A stretch of 64,000 bases of DNA, from the NCBI GenBank assembly GCA_963675245.1, contig OY775910.1, positions 1,152,001-1,216,000 of the forward strand. Direction: 5' to 3'. The notes beneath the pieces were generated by a model. It saw only the letters and a list, made by a program, of their open reading frames with translations. It searched no databases and had not been told where the DNA came from. This DNA comes from Acholeplasmataceae bacterium (GTDB lineage Bacteria; Bacillota_I; Bacilli_A; Acholeplasmatales; Acholeplasmataceae). Of this stretch, positions 45,888 through 56,340 are shown piece after piece. Position numbers and translations under genes: made by a program. Each line of letters begins with the position of its first letter. Position 1 is the stretch's first letter.

Positions 45888-47897
45888 ATGGGACATAAAA
45901 AATTATTCATATTAATACTCGTATTAATGCTTGTTTTAACAGGTTGTACAGGATTAGAAGAATCAGGTAAACCAATATTTGGCGATATGTCTAATATCGC
46001 TTATACAATAGGTGATGATCAACCTAATTATTTAAATGACATTACAGCAACTGACAAAGAAGACGGAGATATATCAAGCGCTATTTATTTTGATGATAGT
46101 GATGTTGACTATGATATAGCAGGTGAATACACGGTCACTTATTATGTTGTCGATAGTGATGGTCATCTTGTGAGTACCTCTATCACAGTGATAGTCAGTG
46201 ATGAAAGCCAACAAGGTGATACAATACACCCACAAATTTTTGGTGCATCAGATATCACATACACGATTGGTGATCCAACGCCCAATTATTTAAGTGGGAT
46301 TGCTGCAAGTGATAATGTTGATGGTGATGTCACATCTTCCATCGTTATTGATGATTCTGCAGTAGATTACACTAAAGCTGGCACTTATGCAGTTATTTAC
46401 AGTGTATCAGATGTTGCCGGTAACGAAAGAACTGTCAGTATTTATATCGAAGTGGTAGATGTCGCTCAAAATACAACATATGACATTTTTTATTTAAATG
46501 ACTTTCATGGATCAATCTTACCAGATGGAGATCAATTGGGTTTTGCTACCATAGCAAATCTCATTATGACTAAAAAAGAAGCGTCTCCGACATCAACGAT
46601 TTTCATTGTTGGTGGGGATATGCTCCAAGGATCATTACTATCTAATTATTATCAAGGTGCTTCCACCATTGAGATGTTAAATCTTATGGGATTAGATGCA
46701 TTTGTTCTAGGTAATCATGAGTTTGACTGGGGATTAGATGTTTTACTCCAATATTTCGATCAAAATTCAGATGCACCTGTTCACGCGAACTTTCCACTTT
46801 TAGCTGCAAATGTGATTGAAAAAACATCTGGTGAAAGACCAGATGGTATTGAACCTTATACGATTTTACAAAGACAAGGTTATAAAATAGGCATTGTAGG
46901 TACGATTGGTTATGGTTTAGAAAGCAGTATTGCTGCTAGCCGTGTTGCTGATTATGAGTTTTTAGACCCAGTTGAGTGGACTGAATTTTATGCAAGATAT
47001 CTTCGCACTGTTGAAGGTGTTGATATCGTGCTTGCAGTATCTCATGGTGATAGTGATTATTTTAACGATTCAGTTGCTGCACTAACTGGAGATGCGCGAA
47101 TTGATATGATTTATAATGGACACTCCCATCAAGCGTATATTGAACAATACAATCGTGATGGTATGGATACAGTTGCCATACAATCAAGTAGTAATGGTAA
47201 AGCAGTTGGCTATGTAAAATTAGAGATGGTTGAAGGTGTTTTAGGGGGATGGCAAGTGAATAATCTAACAGCCTTCAATGAAACACTCCTGACGGGGTCT
47301 AATGCTGACATGCAAGACTTAATTGATTATTATTTAACGGAAGTACAAGACTTAATTGAAAACAATATAATCACTGCCGGTGAATATTTATCCACATCAG
47401 CATTAACCACATATATGGCTAAAATCATGCGTTTAAAAACAGATAGTGATATTGCATTCCATAATTATGGTGGCACAAGAACATCTGTTCAACATGGTAC
47501 TCATATGACGGTTGCGCTTGCTTATCAAATATTCCCATTTGATAACGTCGTTAAAACAACTGAATTATTAGGTTCAACGATCAAGAGTTTAATGGGTAAC
47601 TCGTCCATGGGTTATGATACTAATATCAATTCATTTGATGATAATACGTATTATAAAGTCGCTACAAATGACTACATTTATGATGGAAATCCTAATACAT
47701 TTAATAATGGTCAAAATCCTGTGAATACAGGTTTGCTATTAAGAGATTTATTTATTGACGTACTAGAAGACTTAAGAGACGCTGGAAATGATACCTTTTA
47801 TTTGAACCTAGATATTCCGGAACCGCTTTCAATCGACACTTACACGCAGCTACAAGCGTTTAATAGAGAACCCTTTCATGTTATAATAAACGCATAG
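45888..47897 (+). CDS. Lipoprotein 5'-nucleotidase/metallophosphatase with two N-terminal Ig-like (DUF5011-like) repeats
   Basis: Lipobox LTGC. Two ~85-aa repeats (YTIGD..PNYL..I.A.D..DGD...GxYxVxYxVxD). NDFHG, GD, GNHEFD, GHSH, NYGGTR, FPFDN. Confidence 0.88.
   Translation: MGHKKLFILILVLMLVLTGCTGLEESGKPIFGDMSNIAYTIGDDQPNYLNDITATDKEDGDISSAIYFDDSDVDYDIAGEYTVTYYVVDSDGHLVSTSITVIVSDESQQGDTIHPQIFGASDITYTIGDPTPNYLSGIAASDNVDGDVTSSIVIDDSAVDYTKAGTYAVIYSVSDVAGNERTVSIYIEVVDVAQNTTYDIFYLNDFHGSILPDGDQLGFATIANLIMTKKEASPTSTIFIVGGDMLQGSLLSNYYQGASTIEMLNLMGLDAFVLGNHEFDWGLDVLLQYFDQNSDAPVHANFPLLAANVIEKTSGERPDGIEPYTILQRQGYKIGIVGTIGYGLESSIAASRVADYEFLDPVEWTEFYARYLRTVEGVDIVLAVSHGDSDYFNDSVAALTGDARIDMIYNGHSHQAYIEQYNRDGMDTVAIQSSSNGKAVGYVKLEMVEGVLGGWQVNNLTAFNETLLTGSNADMQDLIDYYLTEVQDLIENNIITAGEYLSTSALTTYMAKIMRLKTDSDIAFHNYGGTRTSVQHGTHMTVALAYQIFPFDNVVKTTELLGSTIKSLMGNSSMGYDTNINSFDDNTYYKVATNDYIYDGNPNTFNNGQNPVNTGLLLRDLFIDVLEDLRDAGNDTFYLNLDIPEPLSIDTYTQLQAFNREPFHVIINA
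47818..47887 (+). promoter_or_regulatory. Internal promoter for RDD-amylase-malA with LacI/cre-like boxes, embedded in the nucleotidase 3' end
   Basis: TGtTATAAT at 47879-47887. Boxes CGGAACCGCTTTCA, TACAAGCGTTTAAT, AGAGAACCCTTTCA. Confidence 0.45.
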
Positions 47898-47912
47898 AAA
47901 GGGAGTCTTACT

Positions 47913-48371
47913 ATGGTACCTTCATTTGAGAAACGTGTTAGAGCATTCGCGATGGACACATCACCAGTAGCTATTGTTGCTATTGTGTCGTTTTGGCTTC
48001 CAGTGGAACAACCATGGATTCCTTATGTGATTGTCGCTGCTGCGTTTTTTGGTTTTTATTTATTTCCATATTTTTTAAAAAGTTCACAAGGACAATCATT
48101 CGGTAAACGAATTCAAAAAATTAGAATCGTTAATCTTGATGACACACCCGTTCAGTTATGGAAAGTGTTATTAAGAGAAGTGTTTAAGCTAGCGTTAAGC
48201 ATTGGTACATTCAGTGTTTATTTAATCGTTAGTTTTTTTGTCATGAATGAGAAAACCGGGAGAACCATTCATGACTATATCTTTAAAACCAAAATTATTG
48301 ATTTGGAAAAACCAAAAGGAAAAGAACGCATATTAGGAACCTCTGAATCACTAAGGAAAAGAGGGCTTTAA
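47913..48371 (+). CDS. RDD family membrane protein
   Basis: KRVRAFAMD, GQSFGKR, LLRE, TIHD. Confidence 0.85.
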   Translation: MVPSFEKRVRAFAMDTSPVAIVAIVSFWLPVEQPWIPYVIVAAAFFGFYLFPYFLKSSQGQSFGKRIQKIRIVNLDDTPVQLWKVLLREVFKLALSIGTFSVYLIVSFFVMNEKTGRTIHDYIFKTKIIDLEKPKGKERILGTSESLRKRGL

Positions 48372-50122
48372 TGAAAAAGGGAGTTATCTTAAGTTTTATC
48401 CTTATATTAGTATTTTTACTTGTGGGTTGTAATCGTGGTCCAGGAGTTACCTTTGATTACATGGACTTAGCAAAAAATGTCAATGTTAATGCAGTAGATG
48501 GCGTTGTAGAAAAACCTAGTGATGTATCCGTTGACGGTTATATATTTATTGGCTGGTTTAATGAAGAGACATTTGAAACACCCTTTGACTTTGATCAGAC
48601 CATTACTGAAAGACTAACTGCGTATGGTTATTTCGTAACCGAACAAGCATATATGACACAAGTGCTTCCTATGAATCATCCAAGTCAAGATGTTTATTAT
48701 GAAATATTTGTGAGAAGTTTTGCAGATAGTGATGATGATGGTGTGGGTGATTTAAATGGTATCACTGATAATTTGGATTATTTGGAATCACTAGGCATTA
48801 CTGCTTTATGGCTCATGCCAATCAATCCATCACCGTCATATCATGGCTATGATGTCACGAATTATTATGGTATTAATTCTGATTATGGCACAATGGCTGA
48901 CTTTGAAAACCTTATCTCAGAAGCTAATGCGAGAGGTATTGATATTATTATCGATTTAGTCGTGAATCACACATCAGATCAACATCCATGGTATCAATCA
49001 GCTGTTTCGTCAGAAAGTTCACCATATAGAGATTGGTATATATTCCCTGATGGATCAAATGTGGGTTATGAAACATTTGTTGGTGGTATGAAAGATTTAA
49101 ATTATGATCATCCGGATGTCCAACAAGAGATGAAAGACATTTTACAGTTTTGGATTGAAAAAGGCGTTCATGGTTTTAGACTAGATGCAGTCCTATATCT
49201 ATATGAGTATTCATCTGCACATCGTACGGTTGATTATGATAATGCTTTACTCATTAGAGAGTGGGATACATTTATTAAAACATTCAATCCAGATGCGTAT
49301 ATTGTATCTGAAGCGTGGTATGGATCATATGAGGATTATGCGACATATTATTTAGGATCAGAATCGTTATTTGATTTTAGTGCGAGATCAGAAATCTTAA
49401 CAAGACTGGGTACTGGTACTGGCACATATTTACTGATTGACAAACTCGTTGATATGTATGATGAATACCGAATTTATAATCCTGAATTTATGGATGCACT
49501 CATGATTGGTAATCACGATACAGATCGTATCGCCTCTATTTCTGGTTTCAATTCCTATAACAGCTTAGAAAAGCTAAAGTTAGCAGCGTCAATTCAAATG
49601 ACATTACCAGGTAATCCATTTATTTATTATGGTGATGAGATTGGAACAAAAGGTTGGCGTGATTATTCTCAAGATGGATTTAATATGCCGGGTTATGGTA
49701 TTGTTTATGATGAAGTAAGAAGAGTACCGTTTTTGTGGGGATCAGATGATTATCAAACCAGTTGGTATCCAGATAATCAAAATGACGATACAGTAGATGT
49801 CGACACACAAATGGCTAATCCAGATTCATTGTGGTCACATTATCAAGATGTGATTACATTAAGAAGAGTTAATCCCGCATTAATGTATGGTAATACAATC
49901 ATGGCATACCGTGAAAATAATAATGCGATTCAAGGTTTTATTAGAGTCTATGAAGATGATTATTATACACAAGCTGTTTTAGTCATTCATAATGTCTCAC
50001 CAGTTGAACAAACCATTACTCTGTCAGGGGACTACACAATCCTTTATGGAAATACAACGATGCCGATGTATTCAACGCTTGTTGTTCAAATCAATCCAGA
50101 TCAAATTGAGGACTATAGCTAA
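48371..50122 (+). CDS. Lipoprotein GH13 alpha-amylase with an N-terminal InlB B-repeat-like domain
   Basis: Lipobox LVGC. GYIFIGWF...FDF repeat-like module. YEIFVRSFADS, SYHGYD, DLVVNH, GFRLDA, SEAW, NHDTDR. Confidence 0.9.
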   Translation: MKKGVILSFILILVFLLVGCNRGPGVTFDYMDLAKNVNVNAVDGVVEKPSDVSVDGYIFIGWFNEETFETPFDFDQTITERLTAYGYFVTEQAYMTQVLPMNHPSQDVYYEIFVRSFADSDDDGVGDLNGITDNLDYLESLGITALWLMPINPSPSYHGYDVTNYYGINSDYGTMADFENLISEANARGIDIIIDLVVNHTSDQHPWYQSAVSSESSPYRDWYIFPDGSNVGYETFVGGMKDLNYDHPDVQQEMKDILQFWIEKGVHGFRLDAVLYLYEYSSAHRTVDYDNALLIREWDTFIKTFNPDAYIVSEAWYGSYEDYATYYLGSESLFDFSARSEILTRLGTGTGTYLLIDKLVDMYDEYRIYNPEFMDALMIGNHDTDRIASISGFNSYNSLEKLKLAASIQMTLPGNPFIYYGDEIGTKGWRDYSQDGFNMPGYGIVYDEVRRVPFLWGSDDYQTSWYPDNQNDDTVDVDTQMANPDSLWSHYQDVITLRRVNPALMYGNTIMAYRENNNAIQGFIRVYEDDYYTQAVLVIHNVSPVEQTITLSGDYTILYGNTTMPMYSTLVVQINPDQIEDYS

Positions 50123-50928
50123 TGTTTTTAATTCGTTTTTTTAGATATGGATTTAATCCAAGCACATTAATACCAAATGCGAGTCAAAAGTTGTGGCAAG
50201 CCATCATCTATTTTCTCATCATCAGTTTAATTACGTTATTCCCATTAAATTTCTTGATTGTTCAAGCAAACGGTTGGGATCTTGACTTCATTAAAGCCAA
50301 CATCAGTGAAAACACTCCAGATTGGGTTTTACCAGAAGATATGAGAATATATGCGTATAAGCTAGATACAGATAGTGATCAGTCATATACATTTGTGAAT
50401 GGTGAACTTACTTATATCTTCAACGCGACTGGCAATGAAGATATTACATCTAGAACCGTTAGTTTTTATGAAGATCGTATGATTTATAGTGATGGTGAAG
50501 GTCATCAAATGATTGCGTATGATTATAATGGATTTAATGATGAGGTGAGTTTTAGAGCACTAAACCTAGCAACAGGTACAGAACGGACTGAGATGTATAA
50601 CGATTTTGGAGAGATGATTGAAGCGTCGTTTGGCAATTATGTGGTTCTCTATTCACTCTTAATGAATACAATTGTTAATATCAGTGTGAGTGTTGTCTTC
50701 ATTATTATGTTATCGTTGATCATGCAACTCTTTAGATTTGGTTATCAAAAATTCTTTACGTATAAAGAATCCGTGATCTTTGTCATTCTATCCATGACTA
50801 TCCCGGCAGTCATAAGCTTTATTGTTGGTTTTATTGCCCCATCGATTGCCTCAGTCATCTATCAGTTTGGCGTAGGTATTGTGGTAATGGCAGTTATGTT
50901 AAAATACGGTAAGAAAAATTTCGTATAA
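50122..50928 (+). CDS. Maltodextrin utilisation protein MalA/YvdJ-like (DUF1189)
   Basis: One N-terminal TM, an extracellular domain and three C-terminal TMs. YKES...L.MTIP. Located in the maltodextrin locus. Confidence 0.7.
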   Translation: MFLIRFFRYGFNPSTLIPNASQKLWQAIIYFLIISLITLFPLNFLIVQANGWDLDFIKANISENTPDWVLPEDMRIYAYKLDTDSDQSYTFVNGELTYIFNATGNEDITSRTVSFYEDRMIYSDGEGHQMIAYDYNGFNDEVSFRALNLATGTERTEMYNDFGEMIEASFGNYVVLYSLLMNTIVNISVSVVFIIMLSLIMQLFRFGYQKFFTYKESVIFVILSMTIPAVISFIVGFIAPSIASVIYQFGVGIVVMAVMLKYGKKNFV

Positions 50929-50959
50929 AAAAAAGCCTTCATCGCTGAAGGCTTTTTTT
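50927..50959. terminator. Bidirectional terminator
   Basis: A7-GCCTTCA-TCGC-TGAAGGC-T7. Confidence 0.88.
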
Positions 50960-50960
50960 G

Positions 50961-51347
50961 TTACTCAAATATTAATTCGTTTGTTTTTAGTGATAATCCA
51001 GGGTTATCAAGTGAATCATTGACCATGAATACAATCATGCCATAATCTGAATCTTCGTTATCAAAGCTAGCTTGTGTAGTGTAGAAATAAAATGATAACG
51101 TGTAACGGTTTGTTCCTATAAGATCAAAATCTTGTTCATAAGATTGACTAGCAACGTTATAAGCAATTTCTTCTAACGCTTCTAAATCATCTATTTCGGC
51201 ATTAACGATCACATGATAACTAGAACTATTCCAAGTAGATGTTTGATTTGCCATGAAGACATCAAGTGTTTCAGCTTCTTTATTACCACATCCTACTAAT
51301 GTAAAGATTGCTGTTATTAAGAGCAATAAGATAAATACTTTTCTCAT
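50961..51347 (-). CDS. Small hypothetical lipoprotein translationally coupled to pullulanase
   Basis: Lipobox LVGC. Its start overlaps the pullulanase stop at 51347. Confidence 0.8.
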   Translation of the reverse strand: MRKVFILLLLITAIFTLVGCGNKEAETLDVFMANQTSTWNSSSYHVIVNAEIDDLEALEEIAYNVASQSYEQDFDLIGTNRYTLSFYFYTTQASFDNEDSDYGMIVFMVNDSLDNPGLSLKTNELIFE

Positions 51348-54268
51348 TATAGTGCCCTCCCAATATTAATATTAAACATATTGCCATCGACATAAAGTGT
51401 GTAGTAATCGATATGTTGTAAACCATATGATTCAACCGTTAAGACTGCAATTGTATATCTACCAGGGACATCAATATCATAATAAGCAGATGTGTAAACA
51501 GAAGCGTTATTATTCGTGATGGTGACATTTGACATAGGATCAAATGATTCACCTTTTTTAATATGTACTTCTGAGGATTTGATGCTTGATGATGCGTCTG
51601 TTGTTTCAACTAAGATCATCGTTGATGAAGAAACGACATAGGCCATATTAGAAATTTTTTCAACACCATACAAGTCAGCAGTAAGTGGGTTTGATAGAAT
51701 ACGATATGTTTTTCCAGCGGTGAGTTGAACCGATACGATACCTGAGTTAGGATGACCACTGTGAATGACGATCACCTCTGGTTCACCTGTTTCACCAGCA
51801 ATCTTATAAGCAATACCTTCAATATTATCTGATGTGTCTAGGAATGAAAGTCTCGCTTGAATACCCGCTGCAGTATCTATTCTAAAGTGAGAATAGGCTT
51901 TTCTGATTGCGATTAACGTTTTATAATACTCAAAGACTTGAACATAATCAGCCTTGCGGTCCCATCTCAATTGATTCACACTATCCGGTGATTCATAAGA
52001 GTTTTCATCATAACCACCAGCACCATCAGGTTTAGAACGCATGAATTCAGCACCAGCATGTAAGAACGGAATACCTTCAGAAGTTAAGATAATCGCGTTC
52101 GCTTGGATTTGTTCAGCGATAAGTTCATCGCCTCTAACATGGGTTAAACGCAATTTATCGTGTAAGGTATTATTATCATGAGCAGACACATAATTAATGG
52201 TCTTAGTAGGTGATAAATGCCAAGCATCAACATTTAAACCATTATAGTCTATACCACCTACGATGCCATACTTAACATTATTTGTGAAAGAAGATTGTCC
52301 AACACCTTGAACCCATCCTTCATCACCAACATTAAATACTGAACCTTTAATACCATCTCTAACGTTATCGTTGAATGCACCGACTTCATTGAGTTCGCTA
52401 ATATTATCTTTATTGGCTGCGATGGTGTTTGATAATGGTGTTGAACCACCATTCCAAGGTTCACCATAAATAACGATTGTGTCATCAATAGCGTGTAGTG
52501 CTTCAGAGATCGCATTCATGGTTTCTACATCATGAAGCGCCATCAGATCAAATCTAAATCCTGAAAGGTTGTATTCAGTTGCCCAAAAGACAGTAGAATC
52601 AACCATGAACTTACGCATCATTGATCTGTCGGATGCTGTTTCATTTCCTGTACCAGATCCATTTGAGAATGTGCCATCATTATTTAATCTATGATAATAA
52701 CCTGGAACGATTTCATTAAAATTAGATGTATCGGATTCACCTGTATGGTTGTAAACAACATCCATAATGATTCTAATATCACGTTCAGTGAATGCCATCA
52801 CAGCTTCCTTAAATTCAGTAATTCGTTTTGCGCCATCAAATGGATTTGTTGAATAAGAACCTTCTAAGGTATTAAAGTTGTATGGCATATATCCCCAATT
52901 AAAGGTATTATCGTAATTTGGATCAAGTGCCATCTCAACTTCATCAACATAACCAAAATCAAAGATAGGTAGTAATTGAACAGCGTTAACGCCTAATTCA
53001 TCTAAATGATCTAGTCCTGTCGTAACAGTGACATCTTCATCGTTGGTATAAGTTGTACCACCGACAGTGAGTCCCATAAATGTACCACGATATGCATCTG
53101 GTCCATCCCATGAACTGTGTGTGGTTAAATCTCTAACGTGTAATTCATATATGATATAATCGGTCATACTCATAATCGTATCTGGACGATCGTCATATGT
53201 CCATCCAGCTGGGTTTGTGTCTTCAAAATTAACAATCATACCCCGCATACCATTCGCACCAGTCGAATAAGCATATGGATCAACGACTTCATTGATGACA
53301 CCAGCATTATTCACCGTGAATGTATAATACATAGCGTCATAATCTTCAGTCACCGTAACTTCCCAAGCACCGTTACCAATGCGTTCCATAGGTTCAACAG
53401 CAAGTGGTGTTAAGTCTTCATGTTCATTGCCTTGATCATCATATTCAGGATGACCTTGTGCATAAATATTTACCGCTACTGCATCAGATAATGGTGCCCA
53501 TAATCTAAATGTTGTATTTGAACCTTCTTTGATGACACCTAATTCACCATCATAAGTGAATTGATTTTCAAAGTCTTCAGTATCGTAAAGTCTGGATAAT
53601 GAAACTGTACGTGAAGGTTGCCACTCAGTATCAAATTTGATTTTAACGGAATAACTCTTTGTCAAATCAACTGTAAGACCTGAAATGGTGAAAGATGTTG
53701 AAGTGACAGCACCACTCTTAATCATCGTATTATTTTCATAAAGTTCGTAACCAAGATCAGGGATGTGTGTCAAATTAACATCGATTGTATAATCTGTATC
53801 AAACGATGCAGATAAAACTTTTGCACGATAATCTGGGATGTCATTATCAAGATCAGCTTGGGATGTCCCGATGTTTAAATCACCTTGGACAAGATAAGCA
53901 TGAACTGTGCCATTTATTTCTTCGGCAGTCGTTAATACGATATAACGATCTCCACCTGGTTCTCTATAGCCATCCCATCCACCTTCTTTGACGATAATGC
54001 CTAAAGTGGTAGCAGTAGGATAATCAGCGGTTAGATCAATCTCGATGTATGCACCATGTTCATCGACATCGGTATTGTTGAAATCATGTTGTATACCACC
54101 AAGTGACGATGGTTGATATTCCCATAACCATATATTAAAACCTGCATAGTCGCCATCATATCGGTAGTAATGGACAACTAAGTTTGTCGGTGCATCAGCA
54201 GCATACGCAATAAGACTTGTATACATAATGCCGACAAGTAATATAATTAGTATCATTATTTTTTTCAT
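51347..54268 (-). CDS. pulA: Secreted type I pullulanase (CBM41 - CBM48 - GH13 - C-terminal Ig-like)
   Basis: Signal peptide AYA-A. CBM41 VHYYRYDGDY..FNIWLW. FRLWAP, YELHVRD, NWGYMP, MDVVYNH, GFRFDLM, YGEPW, YVSAHDN. Confidence 0.93.
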   Translation of the reverse strand: MKKIMILIILLVGIMYTSLIAYAADAPTNLVVHYYRYDGDYAGFNIWLWEYQPSSLGGIQHDFNNTDVDEHGAYIEIDLTADYPTATTLGIIVKEGGWDGYREPGGDRYIVLTTAEEINGTVHAYLVQGDLNIGTSQADLDNDIPDYRAKVLSASFDTDYTIDVNLTHIPDLGYELYENNTMIKSGAVTSTSFTISGLTVDLTKSYSVKIKFDTEWQPSRTVSLSRLYDTEDFENQFTYDGELGVIKEGSNTTFRLWAPLSDAVAVNIYAQGHPEYDDQGNEHEDLTPLAVEPMERIGNGAWEVTVTEDYDAMYYTFTVNNAGVINEVVDPYAYSTGANGMRGMIVNFEDTNPAGWTYDDRPDTIMSMTDYIIYELHVRDLTTHSSWDGPDAYRGTFMGLTVGGTTYTNDEDVTVTTGLDHLDELGVNAVQLLPIFDFGYVDEVEMALDPNYDNTFNWGYMPYNFNTLEGSYSTNPFDGAKRITEFKEAVMAFTERDIRIIMDVVYNHTGESDTSNFNEIVPGYYHRLNNDGTFSNGSGTGNETASDRSMMRKFMVDSTVFWATEYNLSGFRFDLMALHDVETMNAISEALHAIDDTIVIYGEPWNGGSTPLSNTIAANKDNISELNEVGAFNDNVRDGIKGSVFNVGDEGWVQGVGQSSFTNNVKYGIVGGIDYNGLNVDAWHLSPTKTINYVSAHDNNTLHDKLRLTHVRGDELIAEQIQANAIILTSEGIPFLHAGAEFMRSKPDGAGGYDENSYESPDSVNQLRWDRKADYVQVFEYYKTLIAIRKAYSHFRIDTAAGIQARLSFLDTSDNIEGIAYKIAGETGEPEVIVIHSGHPNSGIVSVQLTAGKTYRILSNPLTADLYGVEKISNMAYVVSSSTMILVETTDASSSIKSSEVHIKKGESFDPMSNVTITNNNASVYTSAYYDIDVPGRYTIAVLTVESYGLQHIDYYTLYVDGNMFNINIGRAL

Positions 54269-54326
54269 ATGTAAAAAACCTCCTCATCATCACTATATCA
54301 AAAGTATGCAAAATTCTAGTAAAAAA

Positions 54327-54408
54327 TGATAGCGATTACAAAAAGAGAACGGTTGCACAATGCAATCTATGTAAAAGCGTTTACATTTTACATCATTAAA
54401 TGTATGAT
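54327..54408. promoter_or_regulatory. Divergent promoter region with three LacI/cre-type boxes
   Basis: TGATAGCGATTACA (54327-54340, fits cre TGWNANCGNTNWCA), AGAGAACGGTTGCA (54344-54357), TAAAAGCGTTTACA (54372-54385). The last overlaps the -35 of TTTACA-17-TATGAT. Confidence 0.65.
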
Positions 54409-54454
54409 GAGATTGCTAGAATGAATACATTCTTAAATTAATAAGGAGGAAAAA

Positions 54455-56329
54455 ATGAAAAAGGTATTACTAGTATTTTTCATAGCTGTCAGTGCATTAA
54501 TGTTGTTCGCAACAACATCATTCGCAGCTGGCACTGGTAATGTCGTAGTCCACTTTCATGCGTGGGATGACGATTATAGTGATTTAGGAAATTGGGGCTG
54601 GTCTGGCCTAACTTCTAAAGCAACTTATGATGGTCTCGATGACTTCGGGGCATATTTTGAATTTAATGATGTACCAATTGACGGCGCATCACCAATGGGA
54701 TTTGTCGCAGTTAAATATGTTGGCGCAAGCCCAGACTGGGATAACGGTAAACTCACAAATGATGTTAGAATAGATAGTTCAGTCGTCATTGAAAATGAAA
54801 CAGTTCATATTTATGTATTCCAAGGTGCTTCATCAACAGAAGCTGAACCAGGCGCATATTATGCAGCTAGCAACGAATACTATAATATGTTGCTTGTTTA
54901 TTTTGATCCAACAGACTCTTATGAAGAAACGTTAGGCGTTCATGCATGGGGTGGCTGGGTTGATACTGAAGATTATAATGAAAATGAGGATATGACAGAA
55001 GATCTTCCAGCTCAATGGGGTACACCTACACAAGTATTCTCCGATGCAGGTACGGCACCTGATGGTACAACGATTAAAGCAGCAATGCTTCATTCAGATG
55101 ACACGGGTGCAGAACTATTAATTTATGCTGGCGAAGATGCTAATAAGAAGACCGGAAATTTCGGTTTATCATCAGCACTTTCCGAAACACCAGTTCTTGG
55201 TGACACAGGTATTGCTTATGTCTTAAGTAAAGGTGATGCTTATACAGCTGGTGACAATATTTATTTTAATGATCCAGTATCATTTAATGAATTTGCCTTC
55301 CAATTTAGATTAATTGAATTTGATCCAGCAGAAATGTCTGGTACATATGCTGTTGATCCAAATACAATTATTGTTAAATTAAGCACATTAGTAGAAAATC
55401 CTTATGCAAAAGCCGTAACTGAAGCTGAACAAGCACAAGCTGAAGCATATATTAAGAGTTGGTTTACCGTTCGTGAAAGATTGGGAGAAGATAGTTATCG
55501 ATTCCCTGAAACAATCGAACGTGTCGACTTTGCGAAAACAAATGCAACACTTGATTCATTCGTTCTTATCTTAGCTGGTGACGGTTTGGATAACACAAGT
55601 GATTATGAACTTTCATTTGACTTAGGTGTTGAAAAAGCTGTTACAGCTAAAGATATTACAATCACGTTAAATGTAACAGTTCCTGCAGATAACGCTGAAG
55701 CAGTTATCTCAATTGGTAGTAGTGCAAATGGATGGAATCCAGCTGCAGAAGGTTATTCAGCAACACAAATTGGTGATACAGATGTTTGGACATTAACATT
55801 CACAGTTAGCGTAACTGATCCATTTACAACAATCCAATACAAATGGACAAATGGTACTTGGGATACGGTTGAAAATGTTTCTGATAACAGAATTATCGTC
55901 GTTCCTTTCTATCTTGATTCATTAGAATATAATGATGTCATTGAATGGACTGGTGATCAATACGCTGCTACAGAAAGAGGTTCATCTCCTGTTAATTTAA
56001 TGGCAACTATTGATGTTGATATGGATAGAGAAGCACCTGTATTAAATTTCATTTCTCCTGCAGCAATCGTTGGTCAACCAGCAGCTAGCAGAATTATTGA
56101 AGTGGCATGGGGTCAACCATTCGACCAAAACTTGTTCCCAAGTTATCGTGTTGATGATGACCGTGATGGCGACTTAACACCATTTGTTTATGTACCAGCT
56201 GGCATGTATTCAACATTGGATACAGCTACTGAAGGCGACTATACAATTATGTTAAGAGTCGTAGATGATTGGGGTAACGTCACTGAAGAAACATTTATCT
56301 TCAGAGTTGTTATGCCAGTTGCAGACTAA
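54455..56329 (+). CDS. Secreted non-catalytic starch-binding protein (two CBM41-like, one CBM20-like, C-terminal Ig-like)
   Basis: Signal peptide SFA-A. VHFHAWDDDY..GNWGW..DDFGAYF, GVHAWGGW, TLNVTVP..IGSSANGWNP..W..IQYKWTNGTW..VE, DDDRDGDLT..GDYTIMLRVVD. No GH13 conserved regions recognised. Confidence 0.7.
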   Translation: MKKVLLVFFIAVSALMLFATTSFAAGTGNVVVHFHAWDDDYSDLGNWGWSGLTSKATYDGLDDFGAYFEFNDVPIDGASPMGFVAVKYVGASPDWDNGKLTNDVRIDSSVVIENETVHIYVFQGASSTEAEPGAYYAASNEYYNMLLVYFDPTDSYEETLGVHAWGGWVDTEDYNENEDMTEDLPAQWGTPTQVFSDAGTAPDGTTIKAAMLHSDDTGAELLIYAGEDANKKTGNFGLSSALSETPVLGDTGIAYVLSKGDAYTAGDNIYFNDPVSFNEFAFQFRLIEFDPAEMSGTYAVDPNTIIVKLSTLVENPYAKAVTEAEQAQAEAYIKSWFTVRERLGEDSYRFPETIERVDFAKTNATLDSFVLILAGDGLDNTSDYELSFDLGVEKAVTAKDITITLNVTVPADNAEAVISIGSSANGWNPAAEGYSATQIGDTDVWTLTFTVSVTDPFTTIQYKWTNGTWDTVENVSDNRIIVVPFYLDSLEYNDVIEWTGDQYAATERGSSPVNLMATIDVDMDREAPVLNFISPAAIVGQPAASRIIEVAWGQPFDQNLFPSYRVDDDRDGDLTPFVYVPAGMYSTLDTATEGDYTIMLRVVDDWGNVTEETFIFRVVMPVAD

Positions 56330-56340
56330 GGAGGCCAATC

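Noticed and set aside
45970..46460. Internal repeat in the 5'-nucleotidase gene as a mobile or variable repeat
   Set aside because: Explained by two ordinary diverged Ig-like domains.
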